From assembly GCA_964234715.1 (NCBI GenBank), contig OZ174277.1: a DNA stretch of 64,000 nt. The stretch is one strand, 5' to 3'. The notes beneath the pieces were generated by a model. The model was given only the letters and a program-made list of their open reading frames with translations, had not been told where the DNA came from and ran no database searches. The stretch is from Podarcis melisellensis. Taxonomy: Eukaryota. The translations under genes were made by a program, and so were the position numbers. Positions 26,085 through 37,099 of the stretch are shown here, in pieces; the stretch's first letter is position 1; every line of letters starts with the position of its first letter.

Positions 26085-26385
26085 TGTATTTATTTATACA
26101 ATTATTTCCAGCCCTTCCTCTCAATGTAGACCAGGGCAGTAAACAACAATTGATAAAATAATAGAAATATATCCAAATAGAATCAGACTAGGAAAGACTT
26201 CAGTTTGCTGAAAAAAGAACTTCAGTAGGTGCCAAAAAGAAAACAGATGTGGGACCAGTCTAATATTCAAGGGAACAGAATTTCAAAGTGTAGGTGTCAC
26301 AACACTAAAGCCCTAGTCTTATATTGTACAAAACAGATTGTCTGATATGATAAGATCCACAGTAAACTCTCACCTGCAGAATGCA
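26085..26385 (-). mobile_element. L2-like 3' fragment
   Basis: TATTTATTTAT tail and AATTTCAAAGTGTAGGTGTCACAACACTAAAGCCC, resembling other L2 3' ends in the window. Confidence 0.5.
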
Positions 26386-27892
26386 ATTATTATGCCAATT
26401 GGCTAGTTGCACATTAATTTGCTTTTTGCTACATGCACAGCTAGGTTGAGCCACAGGTGAGATCCAGGAATAGTTTGAGTGGACTTTCCTTTTCCTCCCT
26501 TCCGCAATCCCCCATGTGCCCTCAAAATCTACTATAAGGGGTTAGGGAGCAGATTTAGGTGAGCTTAACAGGCTGGAGGGAAGCAGGTTTCTGTTGTGCA
26601 AGTGGAAAGACATCATTACATGATTACAAAAGGAGTTTGGCATAGTAAGTGCATAAGGCTATTGAATGATCTATATGATATGCCCACTATCTATTCATCC
26701 TTCAGAATACATCATAAGGATATTGGAACAGGTCCAGACTTTATCACCTCTGGTAAAATCAGATCCGGCAAACTGTTCTTTCAGAAAAGCAATCAAAAAC
26801 GCCCAAAATCTCAGGGAGCTCTGAGGCTACTTAGTTCATTTTATACCCTTTATCAATGCCTCAGGAGCAGGTCTCAGTCCCTCATTAACCAAGAACTCAT
26901 TCTGGAAGGACTCGGTGTTACTGCTTTTGCCCCCCCCCCCAATACTTCATAACCTATGGAATATTGTGCATTTTGTACTGTTGACTTTGACATTTTTTAA
27001 ATGGCTGTTATTTCTTCTCTTGATATATAACTGTTTATATGAAATGTACATGAAATATGAAATCTAACAGAGCTACCTTAAAATAAAAGGGCTGCTTCTG
27101 TCCATGGACTGAACAATTTGCCCTCCTGCTTCAGCTCCTTCCCCAGTGCCATCTCCTATAACCTTCTGGGGGATTCTCTTACTCAGCAGAACAATTGTGG
27201 GAAGTGACCTTGGGGGCTGCAGGGAGAGAGGAAAAAGCCAAAAGGTGCCTTCCCTTCTGACATCAAAAGCACCCCCTGAGCAGAACTCTTCCCAAAGCAT
27301 GTTCCCCCTGGTGGGAGTGAAATCTGGATACAATCCATTATTATTGCAATGAATGGTTGCTACTTCTAAATTGAGTTGTTGCTGCTTCTAATTAAAACCA
27401 GAGCAAACTGATAAACAATCCAGCACTCATTAGAATATGACAGATTGTGCATTCAGAGAAATTATTTTGTTAAAAAAGCAAACCAGAAACATATTTTGGG
27501 GGATTTTCCTGAGACTTTTTGTAAGTCTGTTTTTGCTTGGCTGTCTATCCTGCTGTTCTCAAAAGCAAACTCTGGTTGGCAAATTGTTTCCAAATATATT
27601 GCCTCAACCAAGTGGTATCACAGAAGTTATTCTGCCATTTCACCAGCTGACAAGAGCATGAGAACCTACTAAAGAGAACCATGAACAAAATACATCCCAA
27701 TTTCTTAATTCATACAAAAGCTTTTGGTTGAAATGAAGCCCTAAATACTTTGTTGTTTCTATTATGGATTTTAATTTTTGTTGTTTCTAAATGGATTTTA
27801 AAAACCATAATAAAATAACCTTGATAAAAGCTGGACTTTTTTTAATACTGTCACTTTAATTTAAAGGAGTTCAGGCATCCCCAGTCAAGATA

Positions 27893-28257
27893 CCGTATTT
27901 TTTGCACCATAACACTCACTTTTTGCCTCCTAGAAAGTAAGGGGAAATGTCTGTGCGTGTTATGGAGCGAATGCCTGCGGGTGGCGGGGGGGATCTGCTG
28001 CAGTCTTGAGCAGAGGATCCATGGTTCCCCTTCCTTCCCTCCTCCGTGGTTACAAAGCATGGATCCACATGGATCCTCAGGATTTTTGCATTGGGCTACT
28101 CCAAACTCACTGTCAGATCACATGTCTGTGGCCACAGCATGAACCACAAAAATCATATATCCACTATTTCGTTTAGAATATTTTTTTTCTTGTTTTCCTC
28201 CTCTAAAAACTACGTGCGTGTTATGGTCTGGTGCGTGTTATAGAGCGAAAAATACGG
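27893..28257. mobile_element. Tc2/pogo-like (Tc1-mariner) MITE
   Basis: TIRs CCGTATTTTTTGCACCATAACAC and GTGTTATAGAGCGAAAAATACGG, with TA on both flanks and internal repeats of GTGCGTGTTATGG. Confidence 0.88.
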
Positions 28258-28376
28258 TACATTCTATCTTATTCCATCTATCAGTGTACAAACTCAATTG
28301 GATAGTGTTTTTAAATTTTATTTTCCATGTTCTTCAAGGAAAAGGTCAGCAGAAATAATAAATATGGAGCATTCAT

Positions 28377-28810
28377 TGTAGCTGAAGCCATGAATGGAGA
28401 ACCAGGGCTTGGGAAGTTGCAATAAACACAGGACTGCCATTTCGGGATTAAAGAAGCCACAATTTTATTGATTACACATGTCAGCAGGTTTGTGCACAGG
28501 CATTAGTTGTGCCTTCTGCATCAACCAACCCATTTGTTGGTTTATTAATTGGCACCCTGGTTGGTGCCAGGGTTTATTAATTAAACCCTTAACCCAAGGT
28601 TAAAGGTTGCCCTATGGGGACCACAAGAAAAGCCCCTCCTGCATGAAGTTTAAGTTGGCTTCTTTCAAGGAGGTATTCTTGCAGATACTTGGCCCCAACA
28701 ATTCAGGGCTTTACAGGCCATTTCTAGTCCCTTGAATTAGGCCCAAGAGTATAAAGGCTAGATAGGCTTATAGAAGTTCTTACCTCTCTCTGACCCAGCC
28801 CACATTTACA
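28377..28810 (-). mobile_element. Possible solo LTR remnant
   Basis: Minus strand has AATAAAATTGTGGC followed ~90 nt later by a ...CTACA end, resembling an R/U5 region. No TSD found and the far boundary is uncertain. Confidence 0.3.
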
Positions 28811-29099
28811 ATACTAAAATAATAATACTGCCCCATTTTACAGGGTTATTGCAAGAATTATAACAAGTCAATGTTATACAAAATGCCATTGCTAAGTTAA
28901 TTTGTTGAAAAATGAAGCTTCAACTAGTTAGAGCATAATGCTCAAACTAAGCACCATGGATAATTCTGCTATCGCTAAACCTCATATGTGACACACCTTT
29001 ATGAGATATGCCTTCAATCTTTTTATTTTCTGTGTACTATACTGTTGTATTAAATTTCAAATGTTTTCAGCCCAGATCTGCAATATCTTCACCCCACAC

Positions 29100-29300
29100 C
29101 AATCTACTAAAATATATGAAATCCTTTCCATATCGGGTTGTCTGTATATTTGATGAGTATGTTCTCCACTCCTTCACTGAAGTAATTCATGATAATGTTG
29201 AACAGATCAAGCACAAAACAAATCCCTGTTAAAACTCTGGTTGGTACATTTCCAATATGGCATTGATCCATTGTTAAAAACTACAAGTGGCATTCCAACT
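29100..29300 (-). mobile_element. Old CR1/L3 reverse-transcriptase fragment
   Basis: Minus strand reads LFNIIMNYFSEGVENILIKYTD, similar to CR1 LFNIFINDLDEGIECTLSKFAD. Confidence 0.6.
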
Positions 29301-30088
29301 ACTATTAGTTTTTTTTAAGTCTGATGAACAGCACATTGAAATAAAAGAAAGGTATCTTTGCTGAATATCTGACAGTTGCTTGAATGCCTCCTTCAATGGC
29401 ATAATGCAGTGTTGAATTTAAAATAGAAAAAGCTTCTATTTTGAAACCAGTAAGGAATCACAGTGTAATTCTTGTAAAATAAATTACTCATAATTCAAAT
29501 CTAAACTCCAAGTAATGATAATAATTCGTGTGAAATCTATATACACGTATAAGACAAATTCTGATTTGATATCATGTCGGCATCCTTGGAGAAGGTAAAG
29601 TACTCTCTGTTCAAAACAACTTCCACAGTAGAATACATGCACACCTCATTCTCTTCACATCCTCATTCTCTTCACATCCATTAAGCACTTACACAGCCAC
29701 AGGTTTTAAGAGGAATATTCAAATTTGCAGTCCATAATCTCCTGTTGCTTTCTGGTGGCAAATACCCACTAGTAATTCAAGGGAAAATTCTAGGAGCAGG
29801 CTTTCAGTTACTATTCTTCAAGACTAGCTGTTCAAAACAAAAACAAAATACCGTAGGTGCCAAGTCTACACTTTCCTCAGAATAAAGACACATAAGACCC
29901 AAGAAGGCATGATGGGCTATTAAAGGGGGAGGGGAAACAACCCCTACACTCAAGCACTCCTTCCTCCCCTTCTACTGCATAATTCCCTAAATTTTCTGCC
30001 TGCTGCTAAACATCATGCAGAACTCAGAGCTAGAATTAGGAACCCAGGATTTTGGATCCTCACTCAAAGGGGAAAGAGCTCACTATTA

Positions 30089-30388
30089 TAGGGTTGCCAT
30101 ATGTTGAAGAGCAAGAAAGAAGACAGCCCAAGTCATTGCCAGCCTGAACCGGGGAACTTTGAGGCTGCTGCCACACCCGCACGCCTCTTTTCCTGGCTCG
30201 GGCTGGCAGTGGCTGCGGAGTGCAGAACCTCAGCCTGAGCCTGAGCCCGAGCCCCTGGAACCCCCTCCCCCCAAACCCAGACTTTAAAATGTAAAAATTC
30301 CTTTAAAATGTAAAAATCTGCCCAGATGGGTATGTTGGGCCCCCAAAAGAGGACATATCTGGCTTTTACCAAATGTATGGCAACCTTA
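30089..30388. mobile_element. hAT (Tip100-like) MITE with a GC-rich core
   Basis: TIRs TAGGGTTGCCATA and TATGGCAACCTTA (12/13 match), internal (CTGAGC)n. TSD not evident. Confidence 0.7.
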
Positions 30389-30619
30389 GTTGGGGATGTC
30401 ACAGCATGCTACAGTTAATGCTGAGCAGCAAATAGAGGAAATATGTGAGACCAGAGCTTATTTACAATCTTCTTACTATGGTTTGGACTTGGAGCATTGT
30501 CTGAATTGGGGCTGTGCTTAAATTACAAATATTTAAACCATACTAACAGGATTCATATAACAGTGAATGTAAAGTACACATTGATGTATTGACAGCATTC
30601 CTCAAATGATTATTTATAG

Positions 30620-30812
30620 TCCAACAGGTCGATCATGATCTACCGGTCCATTGTGGGGTGTCCCTAGTTAATCATGGTTGATCACATCCCCCCCCAAAAA
30701 CTTTGGTTCCCCCAAAAAGCTCAACAACTTTGGTCAATCCAATGGGTAGATCACTGCCACTATTTTTATAGTTGGAGTAGATCGCAGTCTCGTGGGAGTT
30801 GGACATGCCTGG
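30620..30812. mobile_element. hAT/Charlie-like MITE, one end eroded
   Basis: TCCAAC...GTTGGACATGCCTG ends and repeated GTAGATC/GATCTAC subterminal motifs. Confidence 0.6.
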
Positions 30813-32351
30813 TTTATGCATACCATTGTCCTTTCTTACTATAATCCTATGAACTGTAAATCAAAAGTACTAATTCACCCTGCAGGGGACTTGAAGGGTT
30901 CGGAAGGCAATGCTGATTAATGGAAACAAAAACCAAAAACATTATGAGCAACAGCTCACACAAGAAGCCTCAAACTAATGACCACTGTATGGTGAGTAAT
31001 GAATTACAATACCAGAATGTGGATTCAAGTGTCAGATTACAAAATTAATCAGGTTTATTGAACCTACACATAAGAATCAGTCCTGAATCCTGGCCATAGG
31101 AAAGAGGATAAGTTAATAAAATATGTGCACAGATTTTGTGTCAGTGCCAAATCTGATATTTTAGACAACCCCCACCCCAAATCAAAAAGAAACCACCACA
31201 AAATAATCAGGGAAACAAAGCCTAACTATGTAACAATTAAAAACAACCATTTGTGAAAGAAGCCAGTTCAACTTGCAACAAATCTCTTTATATTCCCAAT
31301 TATTCCCTTAAACTTTGTCAGCCAGGCTGAGTCCTTTACCTAGCAGCTGAGCTCCATGCAAGATACAGCCTTGGACAGATGCCCATAGTATTGTGATTGA
31401 TGGCTGAAATATGGACCCTGAAAGGATCCTACTGATTGCAAACATCAAAAAGCTGAGCAAGTCAATGTAAACTTCAGACTCTTTTCACTGCACCCGAAGC
31501 CAACAAAGGTGTTTATTTTTACCTCTTCAAAAATATGCAATCTGAATAAAAATGCTTTACAATCTTATTTCATGAGATTTGAAGATACGATTTCACAACT
31601 GTAAAAATAATCATGATTTTATTCTGGGCAATGAGGTTTTGAATGTTTTTGTCCAAATTTTACTGATTCTCCACTCACAATCACCAATATAAACTGGAAG
31701 TCTGACTCCACCAACTAAAATGTATTGAAAATGTGAAAGGCAATCTCATTTTTTTACCACTCGGATGTGACTACATAAAGGTTGTTAGAACTAGTCCTGA
31801 AACTTGAGTCCTGAATGCAAAGAAATCTATGGTTTAATTCTAGGGGGAATTGTGCTTCTGTAATTACAGACAAGTGCCCTTTAAATATGTGTATTTATTT
31901 GTCTGTTCAAAAAATTACACTCCACCCTCCCCACCCCAATGAGTTATTCAATATGGTTTACAAAAATAAAAAATAAAAATAAAATAAAACCATCATTAAA
32001 ACACAATTATGAGAAGAACAAAACTTTAAATTTCCAAGCATGGAAAGAGGGAGATGTGAACAACAACAAAACTGCACAAAATGAGGAAGAATGGCCAGCA
32101 CCACAGGCAATTATAAACTGGTCAGTTGTTTGAATGGATAACTGAGATAAGGACTTGTTCTAGGAAAGCTGGTTAGCCTATTGATGTTTAGCTAGGATTT
32201 TAACAAGAAGCTGAAATCACCATCTGAAATAAGTATTCAAAGGGGGGGGGGGGCTACAGATATATGTTTGTTGATCAGTATCCAACACATGCAATGTCAC
32301 TTTCTGATGAGATTAAAATAAATGTAGGTTTTGCATGGGACTCTCAAGAGT

Positions 32352-32643
32352 CTCTTGAGAGTCCCATGGACTGCAAGAAGATCAAACCTATCCTTTCAGA
32401 AGGAAATCAGCCCTGAGTGCTCACTGGAAGGACAGATCATGAAGCTGAGGCTCCAATACTTTGGCCACCTCATGAGAAGAGAAGACTCCCTGGAAAAGAC
32501 CCTGATGTTGGGAAAGATTGAGGGCACAAGGAGATGGGGACGATAGAGGACGAGATGGTTGGACAGTGTTCTTGAAGCTACCAACATGAGTCTGACCAAA
32601 CTGTGGGAGGCAGTGGAAGACAGGAGTGCCTGGTGTACTCTGG
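32352..32643 (+). mobile_element. RTE-BovB LINE fragment (ORF C-terminus), truncated at both ends
   Basis: Translation LLRVPWTARRSNLSFQKEISPECSLEGQIMKLRLQYFGHLMRREDSLEKTLMLGKIEGTRRWGR*RTRWLDSVLEATNMSLTKLWEAVEDRSAW is the characteristic BovB C-terminus, with one premature TAG. Confidence 0.95.
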
Positions 32644-33000
32644 AACCCATTCCGGCACCCGGACGGCATAGCCAATATGGACTGCACATGTGTGGCAGCC
32701 CGTACAGACTGCGCATGTGTGGCATCTCACACGTGCACACTCCATACAGAATGCCACACATGCACAGTCCGTACGGGCTGCTGCTCACATGTGGCGGCCG
32801 TACGGGCTACCACTTGCATGGCGACCGTACAGGCTGCCGCATGAGTGGCAGCCCATACGGACAGCAAGCAAGAGCGGCAGCCCGTATGGATGCGCGTACA
32901 GATGGCGCATGAGAGCAGCAGCCCGTGCGGACGGGACAGACTGTGGCCGCCCTCAGTCACTCTACGGATGGGGGGAGGCAGGGGCCATCTTGTCACCCCT
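32644..33000. repeat. CpG-rich degenerate minisatellite (~23-27 bp units, core GGCAGCCCGTACGG..GCGCATG) with internal inversion; probably the interior of a non-autonomous DNA transposon
   Basis: About ten variants of CCGTACGG, an inverted pair at 32695-32725/32751-32781, and a terminal TGTCACCCC motif. Confidence 0.7.
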
Positions 33001-35521
33001 TGTGTAGAAGGATGTCACTTCTGTCAAGAGATATTGTGTGTGAAGACTTCCATAACTGGTTGAAAACGAGAACAGGTAGAATGACCAAGCCCTAGAAAAC
33101 ATGCTGAAGTGTCATTGCTCCCCATACTTACTGAACACTGTGCTATTGAAGATGTTTGGAGGATTCTGTGCATGGGAGACACAATATCTGTTAATTGGTC
33201 AGCTTTTATGAACTGCTGTTTTGATAAGCAACAGCAGTAGCTAGGAGCTTATTCCTGACTGCCAACAAAGTCCATCTCCCCGCTTTGTACGCCTTATAGG
33301 TTCCATCTTGCAAGAAAAGTTACAATGCTATCACTTTCAAACACCGAATTCTTTCAAGGCCAATGAGATCAATGTAGCACCTTTCTTTAGGAGTTGAATT
33401 GCAGCAATGCCTGGTATCCTCTTGACATCTTCTTCCCAAAGGTGTTTAGGAGTACTGTGAGTCATTGGGGATTTTCACTTTTATAGAACTGTCATCGAAA
33501 AGGGAAACATGTCTCCTAAAATAGTTTTCAGTTCATGTTCCGTAACCTGAAAACTATTTTTGTAGGCACACCACTTTCACAGATGCACTGGATTCAGGTC
33601 CACAATTTCATTACACGATCATATCTTCTACACCATTAAACTCTTTTGAAAATATCATGGCAGCTCAAAGAGGTGCCAGAACACACTATAAACACCTCCT
33701 TCATTCTCTTAGATGGCAATGGTGCCCACCTGAGAGGTGTCAGAACTGAGCTGCAGTCAGGTAGAGCAGGTAACACTGGCCTTATTACTTTAACTCAGTC
33801 TAAGCCAGTTTCAGCTTTTGCTGACAATGTTCTCCTTTGGTTAGTTTTAACTTAACGTCACAGATTATTTTTTTACAGGCCATGCTCAGTTTCAAGCAGA
33901 ATGAATCAAGGCATCTATGTATGCAAGGAGGGCACAGTGGGAAAGCAAAAGGGTATTTTCAAACCACTTTAAAGACTTTAAAGCTACCATGTGTGAACTG
34001 TTCATTTGGGGGGAAGGAAGAGGGGGAAATATGTTGATCCCTTCAGAGTTTTTGTTTTGTTTTTGTTTCTGTTTGAAACAAAAAGTAAGTTTGCAAAAGT
34101 AGTCCTATGCTCACGTTTGTTGTCTATTATATCCCAGGCATTCTCTCGCTCTGTGTGTGTGTGCGCACTTGTGTGCCGGGCTTTAAATTTGAGGATAAAG
34201 TTCTTATCTCCACCTGGATAAGATTTAAAGGGCAAGTTGGCTTTATGTGAAAAATGTCAACAGTAATTTTTCTTCAGCGGAAGACATACTTATAAAAGAA
34301 AGAGTAAGACTATTGTCAGGGGAGGTGCTGTGTTTCATAAACTACATTTTGAAAAGCATAGAGTAGTTGCAATTACAGCCAATGATGTATTGAATATTAC
34401 ATCTGAACTAAAACCAAATTTAAATGGCAACAGGTCACTAAAATACAGTGGGATTTCCACCCATTTCCCCTTACATTTAAATTGTTGTAAGTACTGACCT
34501 GCTGGGTAACTGCAGTTAAAGTGTATTTCTCTGCAGGTAACATTCATAGCACTGGAATATGACAGATATTGGATCTCCAGTTTTAATGCATGCCAGTTCT
34601 ACTTAAATCATACATGTACATGGAACGTAGTCACTGAAATAATGCAACAGATTAAGAACAGCAGAATATAGAAAACACAATGAGCCTGAAACTGGCTGTA
34701 TATTGTTTGGTGGACCAGCTACATGTGGAATCAGGCAATCCTTTAAATGTTCACCTAGCCTATACAGAAGCTGCTTTACCTTAAACATCTTCCACACAGG
34801 TCAGAAAAACATTTCGGTAGAGAGGAAGTCACATGAGTCTTTTTTGATTTCTGAGGCTTACCCTTCCCAGTCCAACAGCTGATTGAAGGGGGGGGTGTTC
34901 AACCTTTTTTCCCAACTACACAACAGGCAAAAAGTGGAGGAAATGATCCCATACAGCCAAACAATCTGAGTGCTTTTATTGTGAACATATAGCGGGCTAA
35001 ATCAATAATTCTAACCCAGTACAGTATATGGACTCCAAAAGCAGCTAGCACTGCTACATTAGATCAGGCCTGCAGAACCTGTCTCCCAACTAATAAATTG
35101 CAACCTACCAACTATGCTTGGTGGCTCACCCAGGACTTAATAAATCTGGTTTTGCAACACACCACCAACAGTGGACTAGGAGGTTAAGAACATGGCGAGT
35201 TACAATTACTTGGTTACATTTCCATCTATGTAACATGGTTCTCCTGATGATCAATAGTGAATTTTGTGTTCAGCATGGATTTTGCATAAGTATTAGAAAA
35301 TATTTTGCTTCTTCTCAGGTAATAGTTCCACGCTGTTTATCTTTAAGCAACAGATGGTGACATCTAGAGCAGAATGAGGACGATATTACCCTACAAAAGG
35401 GTCTGGAAGCCTTCCCCATCTGAGTTGTTTCAAATAGTATAAAATTCATATAATACAAAATCCTAGCAAGTCATTACTGGAAGGACTGTGATTTTAAATT
35501 GTTAAGTCTGTGTGCAATTGT

Positions 35522-35776
35522 GAGAGCCAGTGTGGTGTAGTGGTTAAGAGCGGTAGTCTCGTAATCTGGGGAACCGGGTTCGCGTCTCCGCTCCTCCACA
35601 TGCAGCTGCTGGGTGACCTTGGGCCAGTCACACTTCTGTGAAGTCTCTCAGCCCCACTCACCTCACAGAGTGTTTGTTGTGGGGGAGGAAGGGAAAGGAG
35701 AATGTTAGCCGCTTTGAGACTCCTGAAGGGGAGTGAAAGGCGGGATATCAAACCCAAACTCTTCTTCTTCTTCTTC
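35522..35776 (+). mobile_element. Full-length Squam3(B)-type tRNA-derived SINE
   Basis: Head GAGAGCCAGTGTGGTGTAGTGGTTAAGAGC (box A), GGTTCGCGTCT (box B-like), (CTT)n tail, and flanking CAATTG direct repeat at 35515-35520 and 35776-35781. Confidence 0.9.
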
Positions 35777-36974
35777 AATTGGTCATAAACAACACTTCAG
35801 TGCTGTCAAAATACACATCTTTAAATATTGCTTCATCTATTATTTTCGTGGGCTACTTGTATTTAAGGATTATCTTGTCCTTATGTTGCTCAGAACAGTG
35901 GCATTAGGAACATCTATCCTTCCAGCTAATGTTTTGAAGCAAGAAAATACAGCCTCCTCATGAGGGCTGTTTTTCATGTCTGACACCATTAAAGCTGAAG
36001 ACCTTCCTTTTTGGCTTACTGTTCTAGGAAGAAAGAACAAGAAGATCTCAAAGGAAGATTTGTACTTTTTCTGTGTTCATTCAAGTTCAGTTAAGGCAGC
36101 CAAGTTCATTTCAAATAAAACAAAGCCATCCTGCTGGGATGGTGGGTATGAACCACACCTACTCTCAAAAGATACCGAAGGCTACAGCTGTTGTTCCTTT
36201 ATTTCAAAACAAGGTTCAAACACAGTCAGACTACACAAACACAAGAACATCATAATCCTTCTTGCAAAACAATGAAAAAATGAGAGCATGTAGATTATGT
36301 TAATTTGGTTTATTTGATTTCTCAATCTCTCTCTTAATTGGTACATAACTTTCATATACTTTGAAGGGTCCCAAGGATCACAATAGCTCCCTCACACTCA
36401 CAAAAGAACTGACTCAATTCAGTCATCACACAAACTATGGTTTGTATTAGCCACAGTTAGTAATCCACACCACGGTTGCACATACACAGCAGGCTAACCA
36501 TAGTTTATAGCCGCTTGTCTGCTTTTATTGTCCATCTGTTCAGCAACCCAGCCTCTTAACTTCATTTCTGTCTCTGAAGGACAGGAACTTCTCAAAGTGG
36601 AACAACATTCATCTTCATAGGGCACAAGCCTACTGAGGCAGAGCTAAAGTTCTGATGCTTGGAAATTTCTTGTGAGTTCAAACATAACCACAAACCCCAG
36701 TTAGGCAAATTAACTTCAAACTGTGGTTTGATATCCTGCTTTGGGAAGACCCATTGCATTAATCTGCCATGGTTTGGCATTACGTCTGAATACAGTCACC
36801 GAATGACATTCAGAAGAAACAAGGAGTATTTTTATACAATAAATGTGAATTAGTTATACTTTAGCATGTTGTGGCTGAAAAATTCTAAGCTTTCCTGAAT
36901 AAAATGGTTTTTCTTGGCCCTTTTCAGTCTAGGGTTTGCCCTGGCTATGTAACAGAATCTGCTTCAATAGCTCT

Positions 36975-37099
36975 GACAGATTATCTTCAGGGTTTCAGGA
37001 AGAAAACTTCCCCAGCCCTACCTGGAGATGTCAGAGATTAAACCTGGCAACTTTTGCATGCAAAGCAGGTGCCTTACTATTGAGCAATGCTCCTTCCCT
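36975..37099 (-). mobile_element. Old tRNA-derived SINE fragment
   Basis: Minus strand: GCTCAATAGTAAGGCACCTGCTTTGCATGCAAAAGTTGCCAGGTTTAATCTCTGACATCTCCAGGTAGGGCTGGG. Confidence 0.7.

Noticed and set aside
29644-29677. Exact 17-bp tandem duplication, with similar short duplications near 45722-45755 and 60349-60385
   Set aside because: Ordinary slippage duplications with no sign of function.
32644-33000. CRISPR-like appearance of the short repeats
   Set aside because: Vertebrate context, degenerate abutting units, no unique spacers and no cas genes.
32396-33063. Stack of overlapping 72-130 aa ORFs on both strands
   Set aside because: Explained by the BovB remnant and a stop-poor GC-rich minisatellite; translations are repetitive and have no splice context.
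34603-34797. Minus-strand LYSAVLNL resembling LAMA2 exon 2 (LFPAVLNL)
   Set aside because: No AG acceptor at the required position, and the following residues (LHYFSDYVP) do not match ASNALITTNATCGE; chance similarity.
35522-35600. tRNA-like sequences here and at 41130-41216
   Set aside because: These are SINE heads continuing into SINE bodies and tails, not cloverleaf tRNA genes.
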